NCBI GenBank assembly: GCA_001795795.1
Contig: MGKV01000008.1
Span: 1-58,478, forward strand
DNA length: 58,478 nucleotides
Direction: 5' to 3'
Source: Candidatus Yanofskybacteria bacterium RIFCSPLOWO2_02_FULL_45_18
GTDB lineage: Bacteria > Patescibacteriota > Minisyncoccia > 2-02-FULL-40-12 > GWA2-44-9
Position 1 is the first letter of the stretch, and every line of letters begins with the position of its first letter. A model generated the notes under the pieces. That model saw nothing but the letters and a program-made list of their open reading frames with translations, was not told the DNA's origin and searched no databases. Below, one piece after another: positions 41,648 through 50,185 of the stretch. The position numbers and the translations under genes are program-made.

Positions 41648-42807
41648 AAAAAATTCTAATTGTAAACACGGGCAGTGCATCGGTTAAATACGGCCTTTAT
41701 GAAGGCGAAGCAGAACTTTCCCGCGCTCACTTTGAGATGGAAGATGGCAGTTTTGTTGTTACGCTAACCGTTGAAAGCAAAACGGAGAGAAAACAAATTA
41801 GCGTGGAAGATTATAAAAATTCTCTTGAATACCTGCTTGAATATCGGAAACTTGATGGTTCCGATCTTGAGGCCGCGGGCGTGCGAATCGTCTCTCCGGG
41901 CGATTATTTTCTATGCAACCGCCAAATTGACGGCGATTATATTGAGCGATTAAGCGAAAAACGGGAGGAAACGCCTTTACACATAGAACCGGCGCTTGAA
42001 CTGGTCTCAAAAATACGCGAAAAAATGCCTTCCGTGCCGCTTTACGGCATTTCCGACAGCGCTTTTCACGCTTCTCTGCCGGCGCAATCGCGCCAGTATG
42101 CCATTCCCTACGCCACCGCTTCGCAACACGAGATATACCGATATGGCTACCATGGCATCTCAATACAATCAGTTTTGCATAAAGCCGAAAAAATGCTTGG
42201 CGCTTTGCCGGCCAAAATAATTGTCTGCCATTTGGGCAGCGGCGCTAGTATTACCGCCGTTAAAGACGGTAACAGTTTTGACACCTCCATGGGCTATACC
42301 CCGCTGGAAGGTCTGGTTATGGCGACACGTGGCGGAGACATTGACCCGGGCGTGATAGTGCATCTGGCCGAGAAGCTCGGCTTGGACCATGATGATATGA
42401 AAAGCTATCTTAACAATGAGTGCGGCCTTTTGGGACTATCGGGCAAGAGTAATGATGTTCGCGAGCTTTTAAAGCTTGAGAAAGGCGGCGATACGCACGC
42501 GACTCTTGCTTTGGAAGCATGGGTTTACCGGATTAAAAAATACATCGGCGCATACACGGCGGCATTGAATGGGTTAGATCTTTTGATATTCACCGCCACT
42601 ATCGGAGAGCGGTCATTTGTAATGCGCGGAAGAATTTTAAAGGAGCTGGATATTTTAGGTATTTCGGTTGATGAAGCTAATAACAATGCAACCGAAAACA
42701 ACGGAGCGCTTATTAACACGCCCGATTCTAAAGTTAAAATAGCCGTCATTCCCACTGACGAAATGGCGCAAATGGCGCGGGATACACGGCAACTTATGGC
42801 AATTTAA
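41644..42807 (+). CDS. ackA: Acetate kinase
   Basis: Start MKKILIVNTGSASVKY in an ATGA overlap with the xfp stop. YGYHGIS and HLGSGASI motifs. Confidence 0.92.
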   Translation: MKKILIVNTGSASVKYGLYEGEAELSRAHFEMEDGSFVVTLTVESKTERKQISVEDYKNSLEYLLEYRKLDGSDLEAAGVRIVSPGDYFLCNRQIDGDYIERLSEKREETPLHIEPALELVSKIREKMPSVPLYGISDSAFHASLPAQSRQYAIPYATASQHEIYRYGYHGISIQSVLHKAEKMLGALPAKIIVCHLGSGASITAVKDGNSFDTSMGYTPLEGLVMATRGGDIDPGVIVHLAEKLGLDHDDMKSYLNNECGLLGLSGKSNDVRELLKLEKGGDTHATLALEAWVYRIKKYIGAYTAALNGLDLLIFTATIGERSFVMRGRILKELDILGISVDEANNNATENNGALINTPDSKVKIAVIPTDEMAQMARDTRQLMAI

Positions 42808-42827
42808 ACCGGATTCCTCCTCTCCCA

Positions 42828-42996
42828 AAATGGGGGGCGGGATTCGGTCACAACTCAAAATTGCTTCCGTAATTTTGGTCGCGACCCCAGCTTACTAGCT
42901 CACTGTTTTGTTCGCCATTTGCTCACAAAACAACGTTCCGCTTTTCGAATCCCGCCGGAAGCCGAGTAGTCGGCTTCCTCCCCGCGCGAACATATG
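42828..42996 (-). ncRNA. Candidate structured RNA or tRNA-derived remnant (unclassified)
   Basis: GGCGGGATTCG (42836-42846) is complementary to CGAATCCCGCC (42946-42956). On the minus strand there is a long hairpin GGUCGCGAC-CAAAAUUAC-GGAA-GCAAUUUUG-A-GUUGUGACC with a GNRA loop. A GGAAGCCGA-CUAC-UCGGCUUCC hairpin is also present. Confidence 0.25.
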
Positions 42997-43043
42997 CAGT
43001 AAAATGCAAAACACCCCGCGATGGGGTGCTCTGCATTTTACTG
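42997..43043 (-). terminator. Nested hairpin/terminator 4 nt downstream of tRNA-Met
   Basis: Inner CACCCC-AUCGC-GGGGUG followed by UUUUGCAUUUU. Outer 12-bp stem CAGTAAAATGCA/TGCATTTTACTG. Confidence 0.55.
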
Positions 43044-43046
43044 ATG

Positions 43047-43118
43047 TTGCGGGGGCGGGATTCGAACCCGCGACCTTCAGGTTATGAGCCTGACGAGCTG
43101 CCGCTGCTCTACCCCGCG
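43047..43118 (-). tRNA. tRNA-Met (CAT), initiator-like (C1-A72 mismatch), no encoded CCA
   Basis: CGCGGGG TA GAGC AGCGGCA GCTC G TCAGG CTCATAA CCTGA AGGTC GCGGG TTCGAAT CCCGC CCCCGCA A. Close to E. coli tRNA-fMet. Confidence 0.85.
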
Positions 43119-43249
43119 ATATTTTTGACAGCAGAATGATTATATCATGGCATTAAGCATATTGACAACCGCTTGACAACCGTACTAATTGGCGCTACTA
43201 CCCTAATTATCCTTGAAAATTTAAGCAAGGGGCATTATGGAGGCGCTGT

Positions 43250-44479
43250 ATGCGACTGTCAAAACATATCGGATGTGTTGGATTTTTTGTTGCCGTAGGA
43301 TTCTTTGTTCTTTACGGTCAAAAAGACGGATTTGCGGAGTTTGCCAATAAGTACCGTAATGGTGGCAATCAGATATCTTCGGTTGGAAACCTGTATACCT
43401 ATTGTAACGGCACTTTTGTTGCCGTAGACAGCGAGGGGGCAGTTTACGGTGGAACGAAAATTAGTACAGCTGATGTCAACAGGCCGGTATTCAATGACAT
43501 CTACAAAAATTATGTGGTCGGGAAGTTTGTTAGTAATGTGGGGCCGGACGCTTGGATCTTCCAAGTGGACTACGACACGCATAATTTAATTTTCCAGAAA
43601 AGGTTGTATTGGACGCATAAAGAGGATTTTTCAGTTATCCGAGCAATGGCGACTACGGGCGGACTTCTTGTCGGCGGAACCGGCACGGTTCCCGGATATG
43701 ATCCCTATATTTCCCCGTTCATTGTTGCCATGACTACTACTGGAGATGTGTTGTGGACCGTGACAAGCGTGAGCTATAACTTTTTAGGCACTCTTAAAGA
43801 TATGATGCAGACATCCGACGGGAAATATCTTTTATTGATGACTGGTGCCGCGGGTAACCAAATCGTCAAATGGTATTTTGACGGATCGGGAAATCCGACA
43901 GTGGAGCGCGCCTACATGTATACCGGCTTATCGGCAATGAGCTCGTTGGTTGAGTCGGGCGGATATTATTTTGTGGCCGGAAAAGGTTTCGGTGAAAATT
44001 CCGCCATATTGTTAAAACTAAACCCTGACCTTACGGTTCGGGCGGCAAAGAGCTATCATTTTGACTCATCGGCATCTAATTTTAGCAGAATTTCGGTAAG
44101 CCCGACGGACGGCGCCATTCTTGCCGCAATTACACAAGGCAATAACGCCGTTCTGGCCAAAATCGACATTGATCTGTCAGTAATATGGTCAAAAAAGTAT
44201 ACCGGGGAAAACAGCTCATCGGGAAACGACATCATCACACTTGAAGGAACCCCTTCCAGCATCGGGCTGATTAGTCCCGTTAATAATCTGCTCATCGGAA
44301 CAGGTAAGACATCTCCCCCGCCAACTTGTTTGTTGCCCGTGTCTTCTGTAACGACAAGCACCCCCAAAATTAGGACGACCGCAGTTGTTGGAACCTTATT
44401 CGCAACAAATATCCTGACTACTGACAGTGATGCTGTGGCGACGGAAGTTGATGTGGCCAGTTCCGCCAACTGTCCATAA
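43250..44479 (+). CDS. Secreted/anchored repeat protein (beta-propeller-like), hypothetical
   Basis: 409 aa. N-terminal hydrophobic segment. GGAGG RBS. Followed by a hairpin plus TTTTT at 44485-44511. Confidence 0.5.
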   Translation: MRLSKHIGCVGFFVAVGFFVLYGQKDGFAEFANKYRNGGNQISSVGNLYTYCNGTFVAVDSEGAVYGGTKISTADVNRPVFNDIYKNYVVGKFVSNVGPDAWIFQVDYDTHNLIFQKRLYWTHKEDFSVIRAMATTGGLLVGGTGTVPGYDPYISPFIVAMTTTGDVLWTVTSVSYNFLGTLKDMMQTSDGKYLLLMTGAAGNQIVKWYFDGSGNPTVERAYMYTGLSAMSSLVESGGYYFVAGKGFGENSAILLKLNPDLTVRAAKSYHFDSSASNFSRISVSPTDGAILAAITQGNNAVLAKIDIDLSVIWSKKYTGENSSSGNDIITLEGTPSSIGLISPVNNLLIGTGKTSPPPTCLLPVSSVTTSTPKIRTTAVVGTLFATNILTTDSDAVATEVDVASSANCP

Positions 44480-44599
44480 CACAACGCGGCGTGATGAACT
44501 CGGCCGCTTTTTAATTTGTTGAACCCCAAATTCCAGTCTATGGACAAATTTAAAATATTGTTTTATACTATGAGTGATTCTTTAAAAAAAGGAGTTGAT

Positions 44600-45466
44600 G
44601 TGAAAAAAGATACTGTTTCTGGCGAAAAAACCGCGCAAGGCGGACACGAGATGTCCCTTTATTTGAAAGACATCAAGGGTATTCCCCTCCTGACAGTGCA
44701 GGAAGAGTGGGAACTTGGCCGGAGGATACAGAAAGGTGACAAGGAAGCGCTTAAGAAACTTGTTGAAAGTAATCTTCGCTTTGTTATCAAGATTGCTAAG
44801 AGGTATGCCAACTACGGCATAGAGCTGATGGATTTAATCAATGAGGGCAACCTTGGACTCATTGAAGCGGCAAAGCGGTTTGATCCGGACAGAAACGTGA
44901 GGTTTACGTCTTACGCTGTCTGGTGGATCCGCCAAGCAATTTTTAAACACCTTTCCGACAGCCGGTTTATCTGTAGGATTTCTCCTAAAATTGCGCAGAT
45001 CAACTATCAAGCCGCTACGGCGCTGGCCAGACACAAAAGCGCAGCCGATTCAGTGGAATTGAAAGATTTGGCCGAGGAGATCGGCGTAAGCGAAATTAAT
45101 CTGAAAAACGCTCTCTCTGTCGTCCGCGAAACAACTTCTCTGGATGAAATTGTTGTGGACAGAAACGGCAGAGCGGACGAATTGTTTTTGAAAGATATTA
45201 TCCCCGACTCCAGACCTTTGCCGGATGAAGAAACGGTAAAAACCGAGCGGCGGCGGCTGGTTGAAAGCGCGTTGAGGGGCTTGACCACCAGAGAAGAAAA
45301 AATCATGCGTCTGCGGTTTGGTTTTGACGGTCCGGGGCTGACTTTGTTTGAAATCGGAAAGCGGTTGGGCCTATCCCGTGAACGGATAAGGCAAATTGAA
45401 AAAATTGCTTTGAATAAAATAAGAAAGCTGAAAAATCCGGCGCTAAAAGATTACGCGACCGTTTAA
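44600..45466 (+). CDS. Sigma-70 family RNA polymerase sigma factor (RpoD-like, no region 1.1)
   Basis: Start set at a GTG with AAGGAG 5 nt upstream. Region 2 is NLRFVIKIAKRY...EGNLGLIEAAKRFD...FTSYAVWWIRQAI. Region 4 is LSRERIRQIE. Confidence 0.85.
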   Translation: MKKDTVSGEKTAQGGHEMSLYLKDIKGIPLLTVQEEWELGRRIQKGDKEALKKLVESNLRFVIKIAKRYANYGIELMDLINEGNLGLIEAAKRFDPDRNVRFTSYAVWWIRQAIFKHLSDSRFICRISPKIAQINYQAATALARHKSAADSVELKDLAEEIGVSEINLKNALSVVRETTSLDEIVVDRNGRADELFLKDIIPDSRPLPDEETVKTERRRLVESALRGLTTREEKIMRLRFGFDGPGLTLFEIGKRLGLSRERIRQIEKIALNKIRKLKNPALKDYATV

Positions 45467-45508
45467 TGGCAGGAGGCATTCCGCTTACAGTTTATGCTGT
45501 GAGCGGTT

Positions 45509-45970
45509 TTATTTTTGAAGCAATATCTTGCCGACATTTACGGCGCTGCCGCAGTTTAAGGTGTAGGTTTGAGGCAGGGTTGTTGAAGACAAAGAAACAA
45601 GTTTGTAACCATAGCCGGCAAGATTATATGATTTGCCGTCAACTTGAACAATGCGCGGATCGCCGGAGCGGTTGTCCAGCATTATTGTGGTTCCGTTTTT
45701 GTAAGTTGAACTGACGGGGTTGGCTTGGCAGTATTGGTCAAACTGAATGCGCCGGCCTTCATATTGCTTGACTGCTTCTGAATAACCGGAAACGCTGGGG
45801 AGCGGCGTCGGATACTTTGTCACGCCGGGCGCTTTGTATTTGGCTTTTGCCGGAGTAGCCGTCGGGCTGACGCTGGATAAGGGACCGCCGCCCTCATACC
45901 CCCCGCCCCTTAAAAATAAAAACGTCATTACAACCGCTATGGCAACAAGAAACCAATACTTTTTCAACAT
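45509..45970 (-). CDS. Hypothetical membrane-anchored protein
   Basis: Start set at MLKKYWFLVAIAVVMTFLFL, giving a single N-terminal TM helix. Confidence 0.45.
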   Translation of the reverse strand: MLKKYWFLVAIAVVMTFLFLRGGGYEGGGPLSSVSPTATPAKAKYKAPGVTKYPTPLPSVSGYSEAVKQYEGRRIQFDQYCQANPVSSTYKNGTTIMLDNRSGDPRIVQVDGKSYNLAGYGYKLVSLSSTTLPQTYTLNCGSAVNVGKILLQK

Positions 45971-46127
45971 GGCAAATAAGGTTAGTTTATACCAAGATAT
46001 TATAACATTTGACTCTCTCGGAGGCATATTGACTTATGCACAGCCAACTTTTGGGTGATATGATGACTAAGAAAGAGTGAAGTTGACACAAATTTGCGAA
46101 AGTAAGAAAATAGGTCCTTGGAGGTGC

Positions 46128-46643
46128 ATGTTGTTTAAAAATACGGTTTCCGCATTGTTTATTTTGCTTATGTCGCTGGGCTTTGTTTTTGCTCAAGAAA
46201 GCGCGCCGGTTCCGCCGGTGCAGGATGTTGAAACGGCGCAGGTTTTGCTTTATGCCGAGAGGATGCATAAAGGTTTGGATGCCTGGTCAGACGATATTGA
46301 AAGGAGCATTGATTCCGAGATTAAACTCTTCAGCTCCCCCCACCCAGGCTTTGCGGTTAGAGAGATTGGCGGCCAGATTGTTGTCGGTCTCGTGGTAAAA
46401 GGCGGTCCTGCCGAAAAAGCGGGAATCACTCCTGGTGATATCGTCAGAGAGATTAACGGTCAGACCATAACCGATATGAAGTCCATCCCCGATTCGGTTT
46501 TGCAAGAAGACAAGATGGAATTTGTCGTTGAAAGAACCGTGGCGGGGGAAAAGGCCATAGTGCGGGTTTCTTTAAAGTCTGAAGTGATTCCTTGCCTCAA
46601 AAACTATTCGGATATTCTAACTCAAAACAAAGCCGTTTACTGA
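46128..46643 (+). CDS. Secreted PDZ-domain protein
   Basis: Signal peptide MLFKNTVSALFILLMSLGFVFA. PDZ core GLVVKGGPAEKAGITPGDIVREINGQ. GGAGG RBS. Confidence 0.65.
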   Translation: MLFKNTVSALFILLMSLGFVFAQESAPVPPVQDVETAQVLLYAERMHKGLDAWSDDIERSIDSEIKLFSSPHPGFAVREIGGQIVVGLVVKGGPAEKAGITPGDIVREINGQTITDMKSIPDSVLQEDKMEFVVERTVAGEKAIVRVSLKSEVIPCLKNYSDILTQNKAVY

Positions 46644-46837
46644 AAGAAGTTCCCGGTATTGTCCAAAGGAGCCACGACGCGCTTAATAATCTGCAAAAGA
46701 TATGTCGGGAAAACGGTTGTTTTGCTGCTGATTTAAAGAAGGTCGCGAGCGGCATTGATGCCGACATGAGCTCCAAGATTTATAATGATACGAAGACTTA
46801 TTTCAGCGAATCCTGTTCTGGGGTTCTGGAACAGTAA
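46592..46837 (+). CDS. Overlapping ORF, possibly a frameshifted continuation of the PDZ protein
   Basis: 81-aa ORF in another frame overlapping the last 52 nt of the PDZ gene. The terminator lies after this ORF, not after the PDZ stop. Confidence 0.25.
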   Translation: MPQKLFGYSNSKQSRLLKEVPGIVQRSHDALNNLQKICRENGCFAADLKKVASGIDADMSSKIYNDTKTYFSESCSGVLEQ

Positions 46838-46847
46838 AGCAAATTCT

Positions 46848-46879
46848 CCCGGCGTCAACTAGCGCCGGGTTTCATTTTC
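46848..46879 (+). terminator. Rho-independent terminator
   Basis: CCCGGCG-TCAACTAG-CGCCGGG followed by TTTCATTTT. Confidence 0.6.
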
Positions 46880-46926
46880 CGGTAGGATTAGGATATAAGT
46901 TGTTGTCAGTACGCGGAGGAGATAAC

Positions 46927-47637
46927 ATGAACAAAAAGAACATGGTTTTAAAACTTAGCGGCGAAGCCGTCGGTGACGCAAGCAACCATTTTAGTCCTGA
47001 TAAAATGGAATTTATCGCCGATGAGATTGTGCCGCTAACCGAAGATTTCGGCATTGCGCTTGTTTTGGGCGGAGGCAATATAAGCCGCGGCGCGGAGATC
47101 AGAAAACGGCTTGGGCGCGAATCTACGGCGTCAGATTATGTCGGTATGCTCAATACTTTGGACAACGGTCTGATGCTTCAGGAGAATATTGAAATCAAGC
47201 TTGGCAGTGAAACAACCCGCGTTATGAGCAGACTGCCGGTAAGCGACTTGTGCGAACCGTATATTCCGCGCAAAGCATTAAGCCATTTGGCCAAAGGGCG
47301 GATTGTTATAATCGTTGGAGGTCTGGGAGAACCCGGATTTTCAACCGATTTTACGATGGTCCAGCGGGCAAAACAGCTTCACTCGCCCGTAGCGCTAAAA
47401 GGCACAAAAGTAGACGGCATTTACGACAGGGATCCCACAACCGATTCTTCGGCGCAATTTATACCCAAAATTAAGCACCTAGATTATATCAGCCGCGGTT
47501 TGAAAGTCGTTGATGCTGATGCTGTCGGACAAGCCATGAAGTATGGCATGGAAATCAAGGTTTTCAACTTCTTCAAAAAAGGCAATCTGCGCCGCATATT
47601 ATTGGATGAAAATATCGGCTCGGTAATTCACAAATAA
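46927..47637 (+). CDS. pyrH: UMP kinase
   Basis: Start MNKKNMVLKLSGEAVG with GGAGGAG upstream. GGGNISRG motif. Confidence 0.92.
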   Translation: MNKKNMVLKLSGEAVGDASNHFSPDKMEFIADEIVPLTEDFGIALVLGGGNISRGAEIRKRLGRESTASDYVGMLNTLDNGLMLQENIEIKLGSETTRVMSRLPVSDLCEPYIPRKALSHLAKGRIVIIVGGLGEPGFSTDFTMVQRAKQLHSPVALKGTKVDGIYDRDPTTDSSAQFIPKIKHLDYISRGLKVVDADAVGQAMKYGMEIKVFNFFKKGNLRRILLDENIGSVIHK

Positions 47638-47654
47638 TCTATGACAAGGAATAG

Positions 47655-47680
47655 TCCGCCGGAATGTTGGCGGAGTTTTA
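47655..47680 (+). terminator. Terminator hairpin after pyrH
   Basis: TCCGCC-GGAATGTT-GGCGGA followed by GTTTTA. Confidence 0.5.
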
Positions 47681-47725
47681 ATTATCTCAAATTCCAGCGT
47701 ACGCTGGAATTTGAGATAATTAAAA
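47676..47725. repeat. 50-bp perfect palindrome between convergent pyrH and glutamine synthetase genes
   Basis: TTTTAATTATCTCAAATTCCAGCGT|ACGCTGGAATTTGAGATAATTAAAA. Both 25-nt arms were checked base by base. Confidence 0.9.
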
Positions 47726-47785
47726 AGGGAAACATGCCGTGTTTCCCAAGATTTCGATTAAGAATGGAACTGATTCAATTTCAGA

Positions 47786-48955
47786 TCAAATTATACAGTC
47801 AGGTCTCCAACCGTAAGCAGACGGATCAAATCCGTTTCCGCAAATTGTTTCCAGTAATGCGGTGCAAACTTTGTAGGGGTCAATGTTCGCCGCTGGCCGG
47901 CGGTCTTCAAGATAACCCTTGCCAGCATTATGGACGGGTGTGGGAATGCGGATAGACGCTCCTCTGTCGCCCACGCCGTAGCGGAAAGTTTCTATGCCGC
48001 AGGTTTCATGTTTGCCAGTGAGACGCTTTTGATTGCCGTCCCCATAGACGGCGATGTGCTGTTTGTGGCGCGTGCCTAATTTTTCACAGGCCTTAAGTAT
48101 CGCTTTGATGCCTCCCTCTCTGCGCATCGTTTTGGTGGAAAAATTAGTATGGGCACCGGCGCCATTCCAATTGCCTGACATTGGCTTGGGGTCTAACTTG
48201 GCATAGGCGTTGTAATCCTCGCCAATCCTATAAAGCAGCCAGCGCGCCAGCCAGAGCTGGTCGGCAACTTCAAGCGGTCCCGACGGTCCGACTTGGAACT
48301 CCCACTGAGCGGGCATGACTTCGGCATTAATGCCAGCGAATCCCGCGTCCAGGCACTTTTTCAAGTGATCCTCAATAAGGGGACGGCCATGAACTTCGTC
48401 AAATCCGACTCCGCAATAAAATCTTCCCTGCGGGGGCGGGTAGCCCTTTTTAAGACCAAGTTTATTGAGCCACCGTAAGAATTTGGGCCAAGGTTTGGGC
48501 CAGCCATGCGGCCAGTCGTTCTTTCCGTAGAGAGTATACTCTTGTTCAATACCAAACAGAGGTTCCTCATTGGTATATTGGGCGACGGCTTTTCTCAAAA
48601 TGGCGCGAGTGTTGCTTATATGCGGCGAACCATCCGTGTTCATAACTTCGTTTAGGACAAGGATATTTTGTCCGCCTCTAATGGGGTCGGGTAGCGCTTG
48701 TACCGGCACAAGTATGCAATCGCTGAAGCGCCCTTCGGCCTGTTCTGTGCTGGAACCGTCAAAACTCCAGTATGGGATGGAAAGCGGGTCTACCTCGTTG
48801 TCTTCTTCACTCGGTATTATTTGGGTAAACCCGTTGTCGCTCCAAGACTCAAATTTCATTTGCTCCAGATCTAATATTTTTGTCTTAGAACGCAATTTGG
48901 CGGTTGGTCTTTGGCCGTCAATCCAGATATACTCTGCGCATATTTTTTTGTTCAT
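47786..48955 (-). CDS. glnII: Glutamine synthetase, type II (eukaryote-like)
   Basis: 389 aa. CAEYIWIDG...KLRSKTK, GAGAHTNFS, RLTGKHET. Confidence 0.88.
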   Translation of the reverse strand: MNKKICAEYIWIDGQRPTAKLRSKTKILDLEQMKFESWSDNGFTQIIPSEEDNEVDPLSIPYWSFDGSSTEQAEGRFSDCILVPVQALPDPIRGGQNILVLNEVMNTDGSPHISNTRAILRKAVAQYTNEEPLFGIEQEYTLYGKNDWPHGWPKPWPKFLRWLNKLGLKKGYPPPQGRFYCGVGFDEVHGRPLIEDHLKKCLDAGFAGINAEVMPAQWEFQVGPSGPLEVADQLWLARWLLYRIGEDYNAYAKLDPKPMSGNWNGAGAHTNFSTKTMRREGGIKAILKACEKLGTRHKQHIAVYGDGNQKRLTGKHETCGIETFRYGVGDRGASIRIPTPVHNAGKGYLEDRRPAANIDPYKVCTALLETICGNGFDPSAYGWRPDCII

Positions 48956-49073
48956 TTCAGCGCCTCCTTATTTATCATTGTCAAACAACAATCGTCCATT
49001 TTAACATCAAATGTTGTCGTATCAAAATACGGCTGTGGACAACTCGGCTTTTATTTGGTAACATATCTGGCAT

Positions 49074-49310
49074 ATGAATAATGAGATTCACCCTAAATAT
49101 TATCCCGATGCCAAAGCCAAATGCGTCTGTGGCAACAAGTGGGCAACCGGCTCTACAATGCCGGAAATTTCCACGGGCATTTGCTCAAATTGCCATCCTT
49201 TTTATAGCGGCAAAAAAACCATTGTTGACACTCAAGGCCGCGTGGACAAGTTCAAGAAGCGGCTTGAGAAATCCGCGAAGCGGATTTCTAAGAATAAAAA
49301 GAATAAGTAG
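49074..49310 (+). CDS. rpmE: 50S ribosomal protein L31
   Basis: IHPKYY...CVCGN...CSNCHPFYSGK...GRVDKFKKR. Confidence 0.92.
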   Translation: MNNEIHPKYYPDAKAKCVCGNKWATGSTMPEISTGICSNCHPFYSGKKTIVDTQGRVDKFKKRLEKSAKRISKNKKNK

Positions 49311-49338
49311 AATTATATTGTTCTAATTATTCTTTCTT

Positions 49339-50124
49339 ATGAACTACGATTGGAAACAATGGCAGAACCACCAAGAGCCGGCGAAGCAAAAAAGCAACCC
49401 TCAAAATGAGGCCATAGTTGAAATCCGCGCTGGTGTGGGCGGCGATGAAGCCGCTCTTTTTGCTACGAATCTTTTTGAAATGTATAAGCGCTATGGCGCG
49501 ACAGTCGGCTGGAAAGTTGCGGTGGTTGATTCCAGTCAGAACTCTATCGGGGGCTACAAATATATTTCTTTTGAAATTCGCGGGTCGGACGCCTACGCCA
49601 AAATGAAAAACGAGTCGGGGGTGCATCGTGTCCAGCGCGTGCCCAAGACCGAGAAATCGGGCCGGGTGCATACTTCTACCGCGACCGTAGCGGTGCTGGC
49701 AAAAGCAACTGAACAAGATATCCAAATCAACCCCAGCGATATTGAAGTGTCATTTTCTCGTGCCGGTGGGCCGGGCGGACAGAATGTCAATAAAGTTGAA
49801 ACGGCAGTCCGAGTTACGCACAAGCCGACTGGTATTGTAATTTCTTCTCGTGAGGAGCGTAGCCAGTCGGCTAACCGCGACCGGGCGATGGAAATCCTGC
49901 GCGCCAAACTCTACGCCATCAAGATTGAGGAGCAGACCGGCAATATTACCGAGGAGCGCCGTAGACAGATTGGCACCGGCGACCGCTCGGAAAAAATTCG
50001 CACCTACAACTTCCCCCAAGACCGTATCACCGACCATCGCATTAAAAAGTCGTGGTCAAATATTGAAAAGATTATGAACGGTAATCTTGATCCTATTTTT
50101 GAGACCCTCGCCACGCAAAACTAA
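49339..50124 (+). CDS. prfA: Class I peptide chain release factor, RF1-type (PKT tripeptide), lacking domain 1
   Basis: 261 aa. Begins ~25 residues before [32 protein letters not shown] (PxT) and [10 protein letters not shown] (GGQ). Only 28 nt separate it from rpmE. Confidence 0.82.
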   Translation: MNYDWKQWQNHQEPAKQKSNPQNEAIVEIRAGVGGDEAALFATNLFEMYKRYGATVGWKVAVVDSSQNSIGGYKYISFEIRGSDAYAKMKNESGVHRVQRVPKTEKSGRVHTSTATVAVLAKATEQDIQINPSDIEVSFSRAGGPGGQNVNKVETAVRVTHKPTGIVISSREERSQSANRDRAMEILRAKLYAIKIEEQTGNITEERRRQIGTGDRSEKIRTYNFPQDRITDHRIKKSWSNIEKIMNGNLDPIFETLATQN

Positions 50125-50160
50125 AATACAAGACCCGGCCTTGTATTACTTATATTTTTC
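50125..50160 (+). terminator. Terminator hairpin after the release factor gene
   Basis: AATACAAG...CTTGTATT stem followed by ACTTATATTTTT. Confidence 0.45.
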
Positions 50161-50185
50161 TTTAGCGGCAAATTCAATTAAACCA

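Noticed and set aside
42829-43118. Integrated mobile element at the tRNA-Met 3' end (duplicate of 14 nt of the tRNA).
   Set aside because: The duplicate lies only ~200 bp from the tRNA. No integrase or cargo genes are present, and the repeat is short. At most it is an ancient scar.
49311-49420. Programmed +1 frameshift of a prfB-type release factor.
   Set aside because: The recognition loop is PxT (RF1-type), not SPF. There is no upstream short ORF ending in CTTTGAC-like context, and only 28 nt separate the gene from rpmE.
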